From: Candidatus Altiarchaeota archaeon
GTDB lineage: Archaea; Altiarchaeota; Altiarchaeia; IMC4; SCGC-AAA252-I15
Reading direction: 5' to 3'
Length of the DNA stretch: 64,000 nt
Assembly: GCA_043800705.1 (NCBI GenBank)
Contig: JAZDMS010000024.1
Span: 1-64,000 of the forward strand
Below, piece after piece: positions 1 to 10,439 of the stretch. Below the pieces are notes generated by a model. The model saw only the letters and a list, made by a program, of their open reading frames with translations, ran no database searches and was not told the DNA's origin. Each line of letters begins with the position of its first letter. The first letter of the stretch is position 1. A program made the position numbers and the translations under genes.

Positions 1-202
1 TGTAGACGATGTTGCCCGAGAGCGCGAGGCCCGCGGCTAGGCCGATCATGTTCTGTTCCGCGATGCCGGCGTTGATGAACCTTTCCGGGAACTCCGTCCT
101 GAACGGCTCCACTACAGAGTAGCCGACATCGCCGACGACGAGCCAGATGCGGTCGTCCTTCCTCGCCATCTCGATGAGGGCCTTGACGAATGTGTTCCTC
201 AT
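1..202 (-). CDS. Transketolase C-terminal (pyrimidine-binding) subunit, runs off window edge
   Basis: Minus strand reads MRNTFVKALIEMARKDDRIWLVVGDVGYSVVEPFRTEFPERFINAGIAEQNMIGLAAGLALSG (GIAEQ motif); start overlaps the stop of the N-terminal subunit. Confidence 0.9.
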   Translation of the reverse strand, partial: MRNTFVKALIEMARKDDRIWLVVGDVGYSVVEPFRTEFPERFINAGIAEQNMIGLAAGLALSGNIVY

Positions 203-1026
203 CATCCGGCCCCCAGTTCCGAGAGCGCAGACCGAAGCTGCTGCTTGTTCGGAGACTTGTAGTGCCATTCGAGCCTGTCTTCCATGTAGCTGACGCCCTT
301 CCCCTTCACGGTGTGTGCGATGATGCAGGTCGGCTTGCCGGGTTCTGCAGGCAGCCTTTCCAATGCGGCCTCTATCTGACATGTGTCGTGGCCGTCTATC
401 TCGATGGTGTGCCAGCCGAACGTTCGCCATTTGTCCGCCAAGGGCTCCAGGTCCATGACTTCCCGGACCCTGCCGAAGCTCTGGATCTTGTTGTAGTCGA
501 CGATGACTGCCAGGTTCTCGAGGCGGTTGTGCCCTGCGAAGAGCGCAGCCTCCCACGTCGAGCCCTCGTCGCATTCGCCGTCGCTCAAGAGTGCGAAGAC
601 CCTGAAACGTTGCCTACCCCGCGACCCTGCCAAAGCCATGCCGCACGCAATAGGCAGGCCGTGTCCGAGGGAACCGGTCGAGACCTCCACTCCGGGGACG
701 CCGGAGGTGGCGTGGCCTGCAAGGTCGGTCCCGTTGACGCAGAACCCCTCCAGGCTCTTCACGCTGATGTGGCCGGATTCCGCCAATGCCGCATACAAGG
801 CCGCAGCAGCGTGGCCTTTGCTCAGTATGAATCTGTCTCGGCGGGCATTTTTAGGGTCTTTCGGGTCGATTCGCAGGATCCCGCCGTATAGGACCGACAG
901 TATGTCGATCGCCGAAAGGCAGCTTCCGACATGGGACGAGTTCGCCCGGTGGGTCATCTCCAGGACGCGCCTGCGCAGACGCTTCGACATCGCCCTATGG
1001 CGTCCAGGTGAGGCTTCGGATTTCAT
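202..1026 (-). CDS. Transketolase N-terminal (TPP-binding) subunit
   Basis: Motifs RDRFILSKGH, STGSLGHGL, LSDGECDEG (variant of the GDG TPP motif), HTVKGKG. Confidence 0.93.
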   Translation of the reverse strand: MKSEASPGRHRAMSKRLRRRVLEMTHRANSSHVGSCLSAIDILSVLYGGILRIDPKDPKNARRDRFILSKGHAAAALYAALAESGHISVKSLEGFCVNGTDLAGHATSGVPGVEVSTGSLGHGLPIACGMALAGSRGRQRFRVFALLSDGECDEGSTWEAALFAGHNRLENLAVIVDYNKIQSFGRVREVMDLEPLADKWRTFGWHTIEIDGHDTCQIEAALERLPAEPGKPTCIIAHTVKGKGVSYMEDRLEWHYKSPNKQQLRSALSELGAG

Positions 1027-1085
1027 AGTTCACAACCGATGTTTTAATATTGAACAGTCGTATATTAGACAAAGCATTTGCGAGG

Positions 1086-1904
1086 ATGAGGATGAAGGCC
1101 AAGGACGAGATGGAAACGTTTAAGGAAAAGTTCAGGCAGGAGCCGCTTCTGTGCCACGAGATCGAAAACCAGACGCTCGACAACCTCAAGAGCCTCACGG
1201 ACTATCCGGCCTATTTCGAGAACACGATGGGCACGACCCTGAGCAAGCTGGAGGCGTTCCCGAAGCACGTCACGAGGCAGATGATGTCCAAGCTCCTGGC
1301 CAGGTACGAGATATTCAAGAGGATACTGAACGTCCACGGGTCCGTCATCGAGGTCGGGGTCGGCGCAGGCAACGGCACGTTCAGCTACGCCCACTTCAGC
1401 TCCATACTGGAGCCGTACAACTACACCCGCGAGATAATCGGGTTCGACACCTTCGAAGGCTTCACGGAGCCGACGAAGAACGACCTCATCGGCGGACGCA
1501 TCGAGCACATGAAAAAGGGCGCATACCACTCCGTCGGATACTACGAGAACATAATGGAGGGGGCGAGGCTCCTGGACGCCAACCGGCCGCTCGGACACAT
1601 GCAGAAGATATCGCTCGTCAAAGGACCAGTGAAGAAGACGATGAAGAGGTACCTCGAAGAGCGTCCGGAGCTCATAGTGGCATACGTTGGATTGGACGTC
1701 GGCCTCGAGGAGGCCACCACCCCCGTCTTGGAGCTCCTCTTCGACAGGATACCGAAGGGTGGGATCGTATCCTTCGACACGGTGGGCGTGCGAGGCTTCC
1801 CCGGGCAGAACAAGGGGCTGTTCGAGTTCTTCAGCGGGTTCGGGAACCTGAGGATCGAACGCCTGCCTTTCGAGCCTGCGAGGACGTTCTTCGTAAAGGA
1901 ATGA
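1086..1904 (+). CDS. TylF/MycF-like sugar O-methyltransferase
   Basis: GSVIEVGV, IIGFDTFEGF, SLVKG, RIPKGGIV motifs; lies in a sugar-nucleotide cluster; start codon uncertain (1086 or 1092). Confidence 0.75.
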   Translation: MRMKAKDEMETFKEKFRQEPLLCHEIENQTLDNLKSLTDYPAYFENTMGTTLSKLEAFPKHVTRQMMSKLLARYEIFKRILNVHGSVIEVGVGAGNGTFSYAHFSSILEPYNYTREIIGFDTFEGFTEPTKNDLIGGRIEHMKKGAYHSVGYYENIMEGARLLDANRPLGHMQKISLVKGPVKKTMKRYLEERPELIVAYVGLDVGLEEATTPVLELLFDRIPKGGIVSFDTVGVRGFPGQNKGLFEFFSGFGNLRIERLPFEPARTFFVKE

Positions 1905-1911
1905 CGCACCC

Positions 1912-2619
1912 ATGGAATCCGCGCCCGAACTGTCGGTTGTGATTCCGTCTTACAACGAAGAGGAGACGCTCCCGAGGACCGTCCCCGAACTGACGGGAAT
2001 CCTGGACCGGGAGGGCGTCAGCTACGAGCTCGTCATCGTCAACAACGGCTCCAGGGACGGTACCGGGAGGGTCATCGACGCGCTTGCCTCCAGGCATAAG
2101 GGCATCGTCCGCGTCGATGTCCCTGTGAACGTGGGCTGGGGGGACGGAGTCATCAAAGGCTGCGCGAAGGCGGCAGGCACCTACGTCGCATACATGTGCG
2201 CCGACTCGCAGGTACCGAACGAGAATCTGCTGAAGGGGCTCAATGCTATCAGGAGGGAGCCGGACGCCCTCATAAAGGTGAGGCGGGTCGTCAGGGACGA
2301 CGGGTTCAAGAGGCTCCTGTCGACGCTGTCCTACAACTTCCTCGTCAACGTCCTCTTCTTCGGGATATCCTCCGACGTGAACGGCACGCCGAAGATGATG
2401 AGCAGGAGACTCTGGGAAAGGCTTCAGCCCAGGTACGGCGACTTTTTTATAGACACCGAGGTCATGGTCAAGGCGAAGGGCATGGGCGTCAAGGTCGTCG
2501 AGATACCCACGAAATCCGAGAAGAGGAAGGGCGGGAAATCGTCGATAAAGCTGGTCAGGGACTCGCTAGGCCTCTTCCGGGAGCTTGTGGAGTACAGGTT
2601 CGGGATGAGGCGGTTTTAG
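1912..2619 (+). CDS. Glycosyltransferase family 2 (DPM1-like)
   Basis: [24 protein letters not shown] (DxD variant), DTEV, VVEIP. Confidence 0.9.
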   Translation: MESAPELSVVIPSYNEEETLPRTVPELTGILDREGVSYELVIVNNGSRDGTGRVIDALASRHKGIVRVDVPVNVGWGDGVIKGCAKAAGTYVAYMCADSQVPNENLLKGLNAIRREPDALIKVRRVVRDDGFKRLLSTLSYNFLVNVLFFGISSDVNGTPKMMSRRLWERLQPRYGDFFIDTEVMVKAKGMGVKVVEIPTKSEKRKGGKSSIKLVRDSLGLFRELVEYRFGMRRF

Positions 2620-3593
2620 GGGCTGAAGAACTCCGCATACCACGCTATCGTCTTCTTCAACGACTCGTCGAGCGTGTGTTTCGGCTTCCATCCGAGCATT
2701 CGTCTCGCCTTCCTCGCGGACAGGTGCTGGCACAGTATCTCGTTCGATGCCTCGTTGAGGACGCGAGGCTTCAGGTCGGAGCCCATCAGCTTCAGTATCC
2801 TGTTGACGAGCTCAAGGACGGTGAACTGCGCCTCGGTCGACAGGTTGTAGGCCTCGCCGTGGACTTTGCGGTCGTCCATCGCCTCAGCCAGCGTGAGGTA
2901 GCCGTCGACGGCGTCCTCGATGTAGATGTAGTCGCGCACGGACTTCCCGTCGCTTCTGATGACCGGCCGCTTGCTCCGCAGGACGGACCTTATCGTCCCC
3001 GGCACTATCCTGTTGAAGTTCAGGTCCCCTCCGCCGAAGAAGTTGCCGCAGCGCGTGACGCATACGGGCGACCCGTATGTCTCATAGTAGGACCTGGCCA
3101 GGAGGTCTGCGCAGCTCTTCGAGACGTCGTATGGATGCCTCCCCTGCAGGGGGGTCTTCTCGTCATATGGGAGCTTCGGCTGGTCGCCGTAAGCCTTGTC
3201 GCTGGAGGCGACGACCGCCCGGGTCACGAGAGGGGAGCGCCTGCACGCCTCAAGGACGTTCCAGGTCCCCTTGATGTTCGATTCGAACGTGGATAGGGGA
3301 TTCCTGTTGGCGATCGTGACGATAGTCTGTGCAGCCAGGTGGAAGACAGAGTCTATCTCGTACTCGCTGATGACGCGTTCCATGAGGGCGTAGTCCTCTA
3401 CGCTGCCGCGGACGACGTTCATCTCCTGGGCGAGAAGTGTGCGGTTGAGCTCCGACTTCGGGACCCAGTCCCGGACGAGGCCAGTGACGTTTGCGCCGGC
3501 CGCCAGAAGATGCGCGCTCATCCAGGAGCCGAGCAGGCCGGTGCACCCGGTGACGAAGACGTTCCTGTCCTTCCAGAAGGGATCCCTGTTCAC
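2616..3593 (-). CDS. rfbG: CDP-glucose 4,6-dehydratase-like NAD-dependent epimerase/dehydratase
   Basis: [35 protein letters not shown] (YxxxK); GTG start overlaps the rfbF stop (ATG at 3599 is an alternative). Confidence 0.85.
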   Translation of the reverse strand: MNRDPFWKDRNVFVTGCTGLLGSWMSAHLLAAGANVTGLVRDWVPKSELNRTLLAQEMNVVRGSVEDYALMERVISEYEIDSVFHLAAQTIVTIANRNPLSTFESNIKGTWNVLEACRRSPLVTRAVVASSDKAYGDQPKLPYDEKTPLQGRHPYDVSKSCADLLARSYYETYGSPVCVTRCGNFFGGGDLNFNRIVPGTIRSVLRSKRPVIRSDGKSVRDYIYIEDAVDGYLTLAEAMDDRKVHGEAYNLSTEAQFTVLELVNRILKLMGSDLKPRVLNEASNEILCQHLSARKARRMLGWKPKHTLDESLKKTIAWYAEFFSP

Positions 3594-4369
3594 TTCCATT
3601 CCCTCCATGGAGGGTTCCCGGACTTCCACAGGTCGTTGAGCATCTTCAGCTCCCGGTAGGTGTCGACGCACTGCCAGAAGCCGGTGTGCTTGTAGACCAT
3701 GAGTTCGCCGTCCTGTGCGAGCCTCGCCAGAGGCGCGGATTCGAGGGGCCTGTCCTTCTTCGCATCAAGGTACTTGAAGAACTCCCGGTTGAACACGAAG
3801 AACCCGCCGCTTATGAGGCCGGACATGAACTTCGGCTTCTCCTGGAAGTTCGCGACCCTCTCGCCTTTGACGACGAGCTCCCCGAACCGGCTGCTCGGTG
3901 GCACGCCCGTGACGGTGCCGATCTTCCCATGCGCCTTGTGGAAATCCAGGAGGGCCTTGATGTCGACGTCGGCCAGTCCGTCGCCGTATGTCAGCATGAA
4001 GACGTCGTCCTGTATGTATCTCTCTATCCGCTTCACACGCGTCCCTGTGAGGGCCTCCTCGCCGGTGTCCGCGAGCGTCACAACCCAGTCCTCCTCCTTC
4101 GCAGTGCCGTGGATCTGGAGCTTGTCGTGGTCACCGAGGCGCAAGGTCACGTCATTGTTCATGGCCGCATAGTGGAGGAAGTATTCCTTTATCATCTGGC
4201 CCTTATAGCCGAGGCACAGCACGAACTCCCTGAAGCCGTAATGGGAATAACCCTTCATGATATGCCAGAGAAGGGGCCTTCCGCCCACTTCGACCATGGG
4301 TTTCGGCCGGAACTCCGTCTCCTCCTTCAGCCGGGTTCCCTGCCCGCCGCACAAGATCACGACCTTCAT
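3590..4369 (-). CDS. rfbF: Glucose-1-phosphate cytidylyltransferase
   Basis: [39 protein letters not shown]. Confidence 0.95.
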   Translation of the reverse strand: MKVVILCGGQGTRLKEETEFRPKPMVEVGGRPLLWHIMKGYSHYGFREFVLCLGYKGQMIKEYFLHYAAMNNDVTLRLGDHDKLQIHGTAKEEDWVVTLADTGEEALTGTRVKRIERYIQDDVFMLTYGDGLADVDIKALLDFHKAHGKIGTVTGVPPSSRFGELVVKGERVANFQEKPKFMSGLISGGFFVFNREFFKYLDAKKDRPLESAPLARLAQDGELMVYKHTGFWQCVDTYRELKMLNDLWKSGNPPWREWK

Positions 4370-4471
4370 CGGATTATACCCCACGCAGATTCCGTAATAA
4401 TGATATTTGTCCGGCTTAAATAAACCAGCCATTGGGATTTAATATGTCGCTTGGGGTAATGTTTGAGGAGG

Positions 4472-6424
4472 ATGAAAACCGGCGTAAACGGCTCAGATGA
4501 CGGCGGCGTCGGCTTCATCAAGTGGTCCTTCCTCGCCGCGGTGGCAGTCATCGTCATCTTCGGCGCCCAGGAGAAGGCGCTCTTCAACAGCATGAACGTG
4601 CTGCAGTGGAAGGGCGAATCCGTCTTCCAGGTTCCCCTGCTGAACGGCCTCGTCTACTCAGTCTTCGCCCTTGCATTGATCGGCATATACACGATCCTGT
4701 TCCTTCTCGGATACCATCTGATCCGGGGTGGCGGACTGCAGCTTAAGGACGACATGACAGCCGCGATGATATTCGCGGCCATGGCGCTGCTGATGACCTA
4801 TCCGCTGATATTCCATTTCACGACGCACATACCCGGAGACAACCAGGACGCCAAGAACGCGTTCTGGAGGAATTGGATGATGAAGGAGTCGGTCCTCGGC
4901 CTGAAGGACCCATTCCACACGACGGCGGTCTTCCACCCCGCAGGCACAACGCTCCTTCTGGCGGCCATGTCATTCTCCGTAGGCCTCCTGTCAGTCCCCC
5001 TGCAGCTTCTGTTCTCCACTATCATCGCATACAACGTCCTCGTCCTGCTCACCCTCGTCTGGTGCGGCCTGGGCATGTACAAGCTCGCAGAATACATGAC
5101 CGGCGACAGGAGGGTCGCGCTCGTGTGCGGCCTCGCCTACGCGTTCGCGCCGTACAACATGGCCCACCTCCTAGGACACATCAACATCATATCCAACGAG
5201 TGGCTGCCGTTCTTCACCCTCCACCTGATCAGGGCGGCAAGGGGAGAGGGCAGAAGGGACGGGCTTCTGGCCGGCCTGTTCTTCGCGGCCATAATATGGA
5301 CAGAACTGACGTTCGCCATATATGCCGCGATAATAACAGCCATTGTCCTCGCACACCAGCTGGCCTCAGGGGGCGTGTGGAGGACCTGGAGGTTCGCGCA
5401 GACGTTCGCCCTGCTGTCGGCCGTCTCAGTCGTACTCATAAGCCCCTGGCTGTATTTTGCGGTCAAAGAGTACGGCAGCTTCGACTACCCGGACAGGTCG
5501 ACCGAATCCATCATCCATTCGGCAGACCTGTTCGCATACGTCATCCCGCCGGCGATTAATCCCGTAGTCGGCGGCATCTTCCGCATGTACCAGGACATAT
5601 ATACGAGTTTCGTCACGGAAAAGGTGGTGTACCTCGGCTGGACGATAATCATCCTGGCGGGGATGTCCCTGTCCTGGCAGAGCCTCATCCACGTCAAGTC
5701 CAAGGCATGGCTCTGGGCGGCCATCGCCGCCGTATTCCTGGTTCTGGCGCTCGGGCCCGTCCTCCACTCGATGGGGGTCCAAGGGCAGTGGGTAAACGGA
5801 GAATTCCAATTAGCCGACGGACATATCCCGCTGCCGTACAAGGTCGTAGGGAACCTGCCGCTCATAGGGGTTACCAGGTCCCCCTCCAGGTTCGCGATTG
5901 TCGGCCTCATGGCCCTGATAGTCCTGGCAGGATTCTCGCTCAAGCGCCTGGCAGGGCAGAAGAACGGCCAGAGGATCCTTGCAGCGGCCGCAGTCCTCAT
6001 CGTCCTCGAGTTCATGCCAGCCCCTTACCCGGTCGTGGATATGTCGTACAGGGGGGGCTGGAGCTACCTGGGGCAACAGCCAGGCCAGGCCTTGGTGTAC
6101 GAGATCCCAGGCGACGGCGACGCCGAATACGGCCAGCACATACACGGCAAGGACCGGCTCCTCGCCGGCTCGTTCAGGATCCCGCTCAGCGTGACGCAAT
6201 TCCGGGACCGGTTAGGGGAGGACGTGAAGAACCTACCCTTCCCCGAATTCGCAGACAAATACGGCATCGACTACGTGGTCCTCCAAAAGGGCAAACTGGA
6301 CAATACGGCGGATGTCGAGATGATGCTCACATCGTTCTACGGCAATCCGGGATACTCCGACGCCACGCTGTCGATCTACCGGACGAACGGCACTACTCTA
6401 TCCCCACGACCCCTCCGGCATTGA
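4472..6424 (+). CDS. Polytopic membrane protein, probable GT-C fold glycosyltransferase (YfhO-like)
   Basis: Many TM helices; F-H-P-x-G motif, YAFAPY..AHLLGH, RSPSRF, C-terminal YGIDYVV domain. Confidence 0.65.
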   Translation: MKTGVNGSDDGGVGFIKWSFLAAVAVIVIFGAQEKALFNSMNVLQWKGESVFQVPLLNGLVYSVFALALIGIYTILFLLGYHLIRGGGLQLKDDMTAAMIFAAMALLMTYPLIFHFTTHIPGDNQDAKNAFWRNWMMKESVLGLKDPFHTTAVFHPAGTTLLLAAMSFSVGLLSVPLQLLFSTIIAYNVLVLLTLVWCGLGMYKLAEYMTGDRRVALVCGLAYAFAPYNMAHLLGHINIISNEWLPFFTLHLIRAARGEGRRDGLLAGLFFAAIIWTELTFAIYAAIITAIVLAHQLASGGVWRTWRFAQTFALLSAVSVVLISPWLYFAVKEYGSFDYPDRSTESIIHSADLFAYVIPPAINPVVGGIFRMYQDIYTSFVTEKVVYLGWTIIILAGMSLSWQSLIHVKSKAWLWAAIAAVFLVLALGPVLHSMGVQGQWVNGEFQLADGHIPLPYKVVGNLPLIGVTRSPSRFAIVGLMALIVLAGFSLKRLAGQKNGQRILAAAAVLIVLEFMPAPYPVVDMSYRGGWSYLGQQPGQALVYEIPGDGDAEYGQHIHGKDRLLAGSFRIPLSVTQFRDRLGEDVKNLPFPEFADKYGIDYVVLQKGKLDNTADVEMMLTSFYGNPGYSDATLSIYRTNGTTLSPRPLRH

Positions 6425-6911
6425 AGAGCGCGTTCAATGTCGCGTCCTTCACGGCCTCGAGGTATTTCTCGCAGGGGGCCTCCTTGTCGACCTGAAGCGC
6501 ATACAATACGTCGGAGACGCCCGCGTCAAGCAGGACCGCCTCCAGGTTGACGAGCATCTCCACGTAAAGTTTCCGCTCGATTGGGAGTTTGTGGTTGACC
6601 GAAAGGGGGCGTAGGCCGTCCCCGAGCATCGCAGGAATCAGGGAGATGTTAAGCAGGTTCCCGTCGTCGGCTGCCGAGCCCGACCCCGCGAGGGTGGTGC
6701 CGTACTTCTTCCATTCGAGGATGTTTATGTTGCTGACGCCGAACTTGCCGAGGGACTTTATCACGTCGTCCAGCTTCTCGCTCTTCACCTGGAGCGAAAT
6801 CTCCCTGCCGACCAGCGAGAACTGCAGAATGTCTTCCTGGGGCAGGCTCTTGAAAAGGTCGGCGGTGTTTCCGCTGAACGAGCCGCCCAAAGCAACCTTG
6901 TGACCTTTCAT
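6393..6911 (-). CDS. Hypothetical protein
   Basis: 172-aa ORF with host-like codon usage and an AT-rich upstream promoter region; no motif recognised. Confidence 0.7.
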   Translation of the reverse strand: MKGHKVALGGSFSGNTADLFKSLPQEDILQFSLVGREISLQVKSEKLDDVIKSLGKFGVSNINILEWKKYGTTLAGSGSAADDGNLLNISLIPAMLGDGLRPLSVNHKLPIERKLYVEMLVNLEAVLLDAGVSDVLYALQVDKEAPCEKYLEAVKDATLNALFNAGGVVGIE

Positions 6912-6979
6912 GAAACCGCGAAGATATATAGGCGATGGACGCTATTAAAGAGGATATTACCGCTTGAAATTTTCTGGAA

Positions 6980-8014
6980 TCAGTGAGTGCCTGAGCATGA
7001 GATGCCGCTCATGAGGGCGTGGTATTCTTCAGATTCGTCCGATGAGAGGGGGTATGAGAAGATGAACATCTCATTCCCGGAGCACACTCGTCCGATGAAG
7101 GATATCGTCCCGACCGCCTTATCCTTCTTCGTCGATAATGTTTCGCACCCCTTCGCGTTCCCGTAATCCCTGAATATCGAGTCCGGATTCGTCCGAGAAC
7201 AGACCTCCTGCGAGAAGGAGCCGCCATACTGCGAGACTGCAGCCCCCTTCATGAAGCCTTCCATGACCAGGAAAACGAGGGAGGAGGAATTTCCGACTTG
7301 AGGTTCCCTTGAGAAAAGCCGCATCCCCATCATTGTCCCGTTTTCAGTTTGGCCCCAGCCCGGAGGGAAAGCAATCACATACCCTGATTCGACGTTCGAG
7401 TAGACAAGCCCGCCATTGCTTTCAGACACCGTGTTCGGAGACGACGAGGACAATCCTGAAATGACAGCCCCGAATAGGAGCATGAAGATTACACCCCCCA
7501 TTATCAGGCTCGAAGCTGCAAACGATGTGGCCACGGCGGCGATCGACTTTCCCGAGCCCAGGGAATGCGCCGATCGAACGATGAGATAATCAAAGTACAA
7601 GGCGACGAATACTATGGGATAGCTCAGAAAGCTCAGAAAAATTGAAACGTTTGAAAGCAGGCCGATCACTATGGATACGGCAGTCAAGGGAACGGCAGCG
7701 ACAGCCTTGCACTGGAATACGTCTTCAAACGAACCATCGCCGCCGAAGATTCTTGAGCTGAGATGGAGGAAGCAGACCGTCATGAGGGAGGATACGGCCG
7801 AAAAAATAAAAATCGCCGGAAAAAACCACCCTGAGGGGATAAGGTTCGATATAATCCCGTATGATGGGGTAAAGTATGCAGAGACGGCACTCGCAGACAG
7901 GACGACAAGATATATCAGGGATGCCGTTTTCCAGTCCCCTTTGCCTGTGAACGAGTCAAAGACTTCCTTTGGATGCTTCAGGACCCTGATGAATGAGTCA
8001 GCACTCAAACCCAT
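6980..8014 (-). CDS. Yip1-domain membrane protein with C-terminal extracellular domain
   Basis: VLKHPKEVF, HLSSRIFGGDGSF, RSAHSLGSGKS Yip1 pattern; 5 TM helices; soluble tail beginning YSNVESGYVIAFPPGW. Confidence 0.75.
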   Translation of the reverse strand: MGLSADSFIRVLKHPKEVFDSFTGKGDWKTASLIYLVVLSASAVSAYFTPSYGIISNLIPSGWFFPAIFIFSAVSSLMTVCFLHLSSRIFGGDGSFEDVFQCKAVAAVPLTAVSIVIGLLSNVSIFLSFLSYPIVFVALYFDYLIVRSAHSLGSGKSIAAVATSFAASSLIMGGVIFMLLFGAVISGLSSSSPNTVSESNGGLVYSNVESGYVIAFPPGWGQTENGTMMGMRLFSREPQVGNSSSLVFLVMEGFMKGAAVSQYGGSFSQEVCSRTNPDSIFRDYGNAKGCETLSTKKDKAVGTISFIGRVCSGNEMFIFSYPLSSDESEEYHALMSGISCSGTH

Positions 8015-8151
8015 GGGAGAATATTGCAGAACGATGTTAATAACCATTCAGTATGAAGACCGCAGCCAGCACGATCAGGGGAAGCAACAGGGGCAGCACA
8101 TACGCAAAATGCGGATAAAAAGAATGAAACTGTGATACATATTATACAGCC

Positions 8152-8793
8152 ATGGCAGTACACTACAAGAAACTGGTTCTTGAGACTTCCGACGAGGTCT
8201 ACCACCCGGCCGAGGACTCATTCCTCCTGGCTGACAGCGTAAAGGCCGGCTGGGGCCGGGTGCTGGATGTGGGCACAGGGACGGGCATACAGGCCCTCAA
8301 TGCCGCAAGGTATGCGGAACACGCGGCCGGCGTGGACCTGAATCCCGCCGCAGTAGAGCTCGCGAAGAGGAACGCAAAAGCCAACGGCATCAGGAACGCC
8401 GAATTCTGGGTAAGCGACCTCTTTTCCGAAGTCAATGGAAGATTCGACCTGATAGTATTCAACCCCCCCTACCTGGAGACGGAGGCCGAAAACATGCTCG
8501 AGCGCGCATGGGCCGGGGGAAAGCTGGGGGTCGAGGTCATTAACAGATTCATAGACGAGGCCGGCGGACACCTCCTGCCGGAGGGGAGGATCATGCTGCT
8601 CATATCCTCCATCAACAGGCTGGAAGAGGTCATGAAACGGTTCGAGAAGAACGGATACAATGCCGAAATCGCCGCAAGGCAGAAGATATTCTTCGAGGAA
8701 TTGTACGTACTGACCGCATGGAGAAAACGACGGACATCTGCCCAAGGCATACTGCAACCCGCAGGTATCTGGGAAAAACCGACGAATCCATGA
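8152..8793 (+). CDS. HemK2/MTQ2-family protein methyltransferase (aRF1 Gln MTase)
   Basis: VYHPAEDSFLL, VLDVGTGTG, FNPPY, WAGG, FFEEL. Confidence 0.92.
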   Translation: MAVHYKKLVLETSDEVYHPAEDSFLLADSVKAGWGRVLDVGTGTGIQALNAARYAEHAAGVDLNPAAVELAKRNAKANGIRNAEFWVSDLFSEVNGRFDLIVFNPPYLETEAENMLERAWAGGKLGVEVINRFIDEAGGHLLPEGRIMLLISSINRLEEVMKRFEKNGYNAEIAARQKIFFEELYVLTAWRKRRTSAQGILQPAGIWEKPTNP

Positions 8794-8843
8794 CATATGA
8801 GGGGATTTTTTGGATTATTAAGGCTACTGCCAAAACATATACC

Positions 8844-10412
8844 ATGTCTACGAAAACATTAGTTCTTGGACTCATCATCCTTTTGGCTGCCACCGCATCC
8901 GCCGACGAATACCTGAAGCCGACATGCCAGTCGATCCTCAAAGGCGACCTCATCAACGGGATGCAGGTCGTCGACCTGGACAAGGACGGCACTCCGAACA
9001 TCATGTTCGGGACATCGACGGGGGGCGTACTACACAATTACATATACAAGGGCGCGGACTGCACTACCGACTGGACCGCGCTCATCTCAGGCGGCTGGAA
9101 CTACGACACCGACGGCGACGTCCGGTCCTTCAAAGTCGTAGACCTGCTCGGCAACGGCAAGAACGAAGTAGTCATAAACAGCGTCAAATCCGCGGCCGGA
9201 GGCAGCCAGCCACCGGGCACATACATCAGGGCGATCTCGGCCAACGCCATCGACTTCTGGAACTTCAGGGACGCCTGCGGATTCTCGCAGGCTGTCGACG
9301 CAGCCGACATTGACGGGACAGGCAAACCCAACGTCGTCTTCGGCGCCCTAAGCAGCAACATTTGCGCCCTAAAGGACTCAGGCGACGGCCTCATGCCCAA
9401 AGGCTCCCTCCTGTGGAGCTACCAGGCGAAGAACCCCGTAGGATACGTCAAGGCACTGGACATCGACGGCGACGGGAAGATCGAAACTGTCGCCTTGGCG
9501 AACAAATACATGGAGGCATACTTGATCGTCCTAAGCAGCGGCGGCACCCTGAAATGGGAGAAGAAGATCGACGGCGGAATATTCACGGCAATGGTGCCGG
9601 AAAACGTCGTCTCCGTGTCCGACATCAACGGAGACGGTAAAGCAGAAACAATCGTCGGGACCTACAAGAACAACGTCATAGCATTCGACAGCGCAGGAAA
9701 CGAACTTTGGAGATACGACACCAAAAACCTGGTCTCCAGCATACACGTCGCGGACATCAACGGAAAGAGGACCGTCCTCGCAGGGTCGGCACCTAAGGTA
9801 TACGCATTGGACGGATCAGGTTCGCTGGTGTGGACGTGGGAAGCACTGACCAAGAGTACGGTATACAGCATGTCATCCGCGGAACTCGACGGAGGAACAT
9901 CCATAGCGGTCGGCTCAACCAAATACTTATATGTCTTGGACGGGAACGGCAAGCTGAAAGGCACCTGGAAATACACAGTCGAGATACAGGGACTCAACAA
10001 GGCCTACGAGGAACGGGACGCGAACGCGGTCGCGGTATACATGGGCGACCTTGACGGCGACGGAGAGACAGAAGTCGTGGCAGGCTGGAACTGGGAGCAG
10101 AGCACAGTAAGAGGCAACCAATACAGCGCAGACCTCAGGGTCTACGAAATAAACGAGGACTACGTGCCATCAGAGGCGACAGCAACGACATTGGCACAAT
10201 CAGGCGGAACACAAGTCGCAGAAGACACCGCGAATGAAGAGGTGACCCCGCAGGACGAGACCGCAGAACAGGCCGACGAAGGCACCCTCCCTGAAGCCGC
10301 CGCCGAGAACAAGAGCCCATGCTCATGCATCCCGATGCTGCCGGCCATACTCGCTTTGGCAGTCGCGATAGTCGCGAAGATACCGCTCGCTGCGACTGAC
10401 GAAAAGGGTTAA
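8844..10412 (+). CDS. Secreted FG-GAP/PQQ-like beta-propeller surface protein with C-terminal membrane anchor
   Basis: Signal peptide; repeated DxDGDG..E motifs and G..LW repeats; acidic linker; C-terminal hydrophobic helix. Confidence 0.85.
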   Translation: MSTKTLVLGLIILLAATASADEYLKPTCQSILKGDLINGMQVVDLDKDGTPNIMFGTSTGGVLHNYIYKGADCTTDWTALISGGWNYDTDGDVRSFKVVDLLGNGKNEVVINSVKSAAGGSQPPGTYIRAISANAIDFWNFRDACGFSQAVDAADIDGTGKPNVVFGALSSNICALKDSGDGLMPKGSLLWSYQAKNPVGYVKALDIDGDGKIETVALANKYMEAYLIVLSSGGTLKWEKKIDGGIFTAMVPENVVSVSDINGDGKAETIVGTYKNNVIAFDSAGNELWRYDTKNLVSSIHVADINGKRTVLAGSAPKVYALDGSGSLVWTWEALTKSTVYSMSSAELDGGTSIAVGSTKYLYVLDGNGKLKGTWKYTVEIQGLNKAYEERDANAVAVYMGDLDGDGETEVVAGWNWEQSTVRGNQYSADLRVYEINEDYVPSEATATTLAQSGGTQVAEDTANEEVTPQDETAEQADEGTLPEAAAENKSPCSCIPMLPAILALAVAIVAKIPLAATDEKG

Positions 10413-10439
10413 TATTTTAAGCCTTCCCAGAGTTAGGAT

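Noticed and set aside
8718-8843. Overlap between the HemK tail and the long upstream extension of the FG-GAP ORF
   Set aside because: The signal peptide places the true start at 8844; the HemK C-terminal extension may be a lost stop, but there is no supporting evidence.
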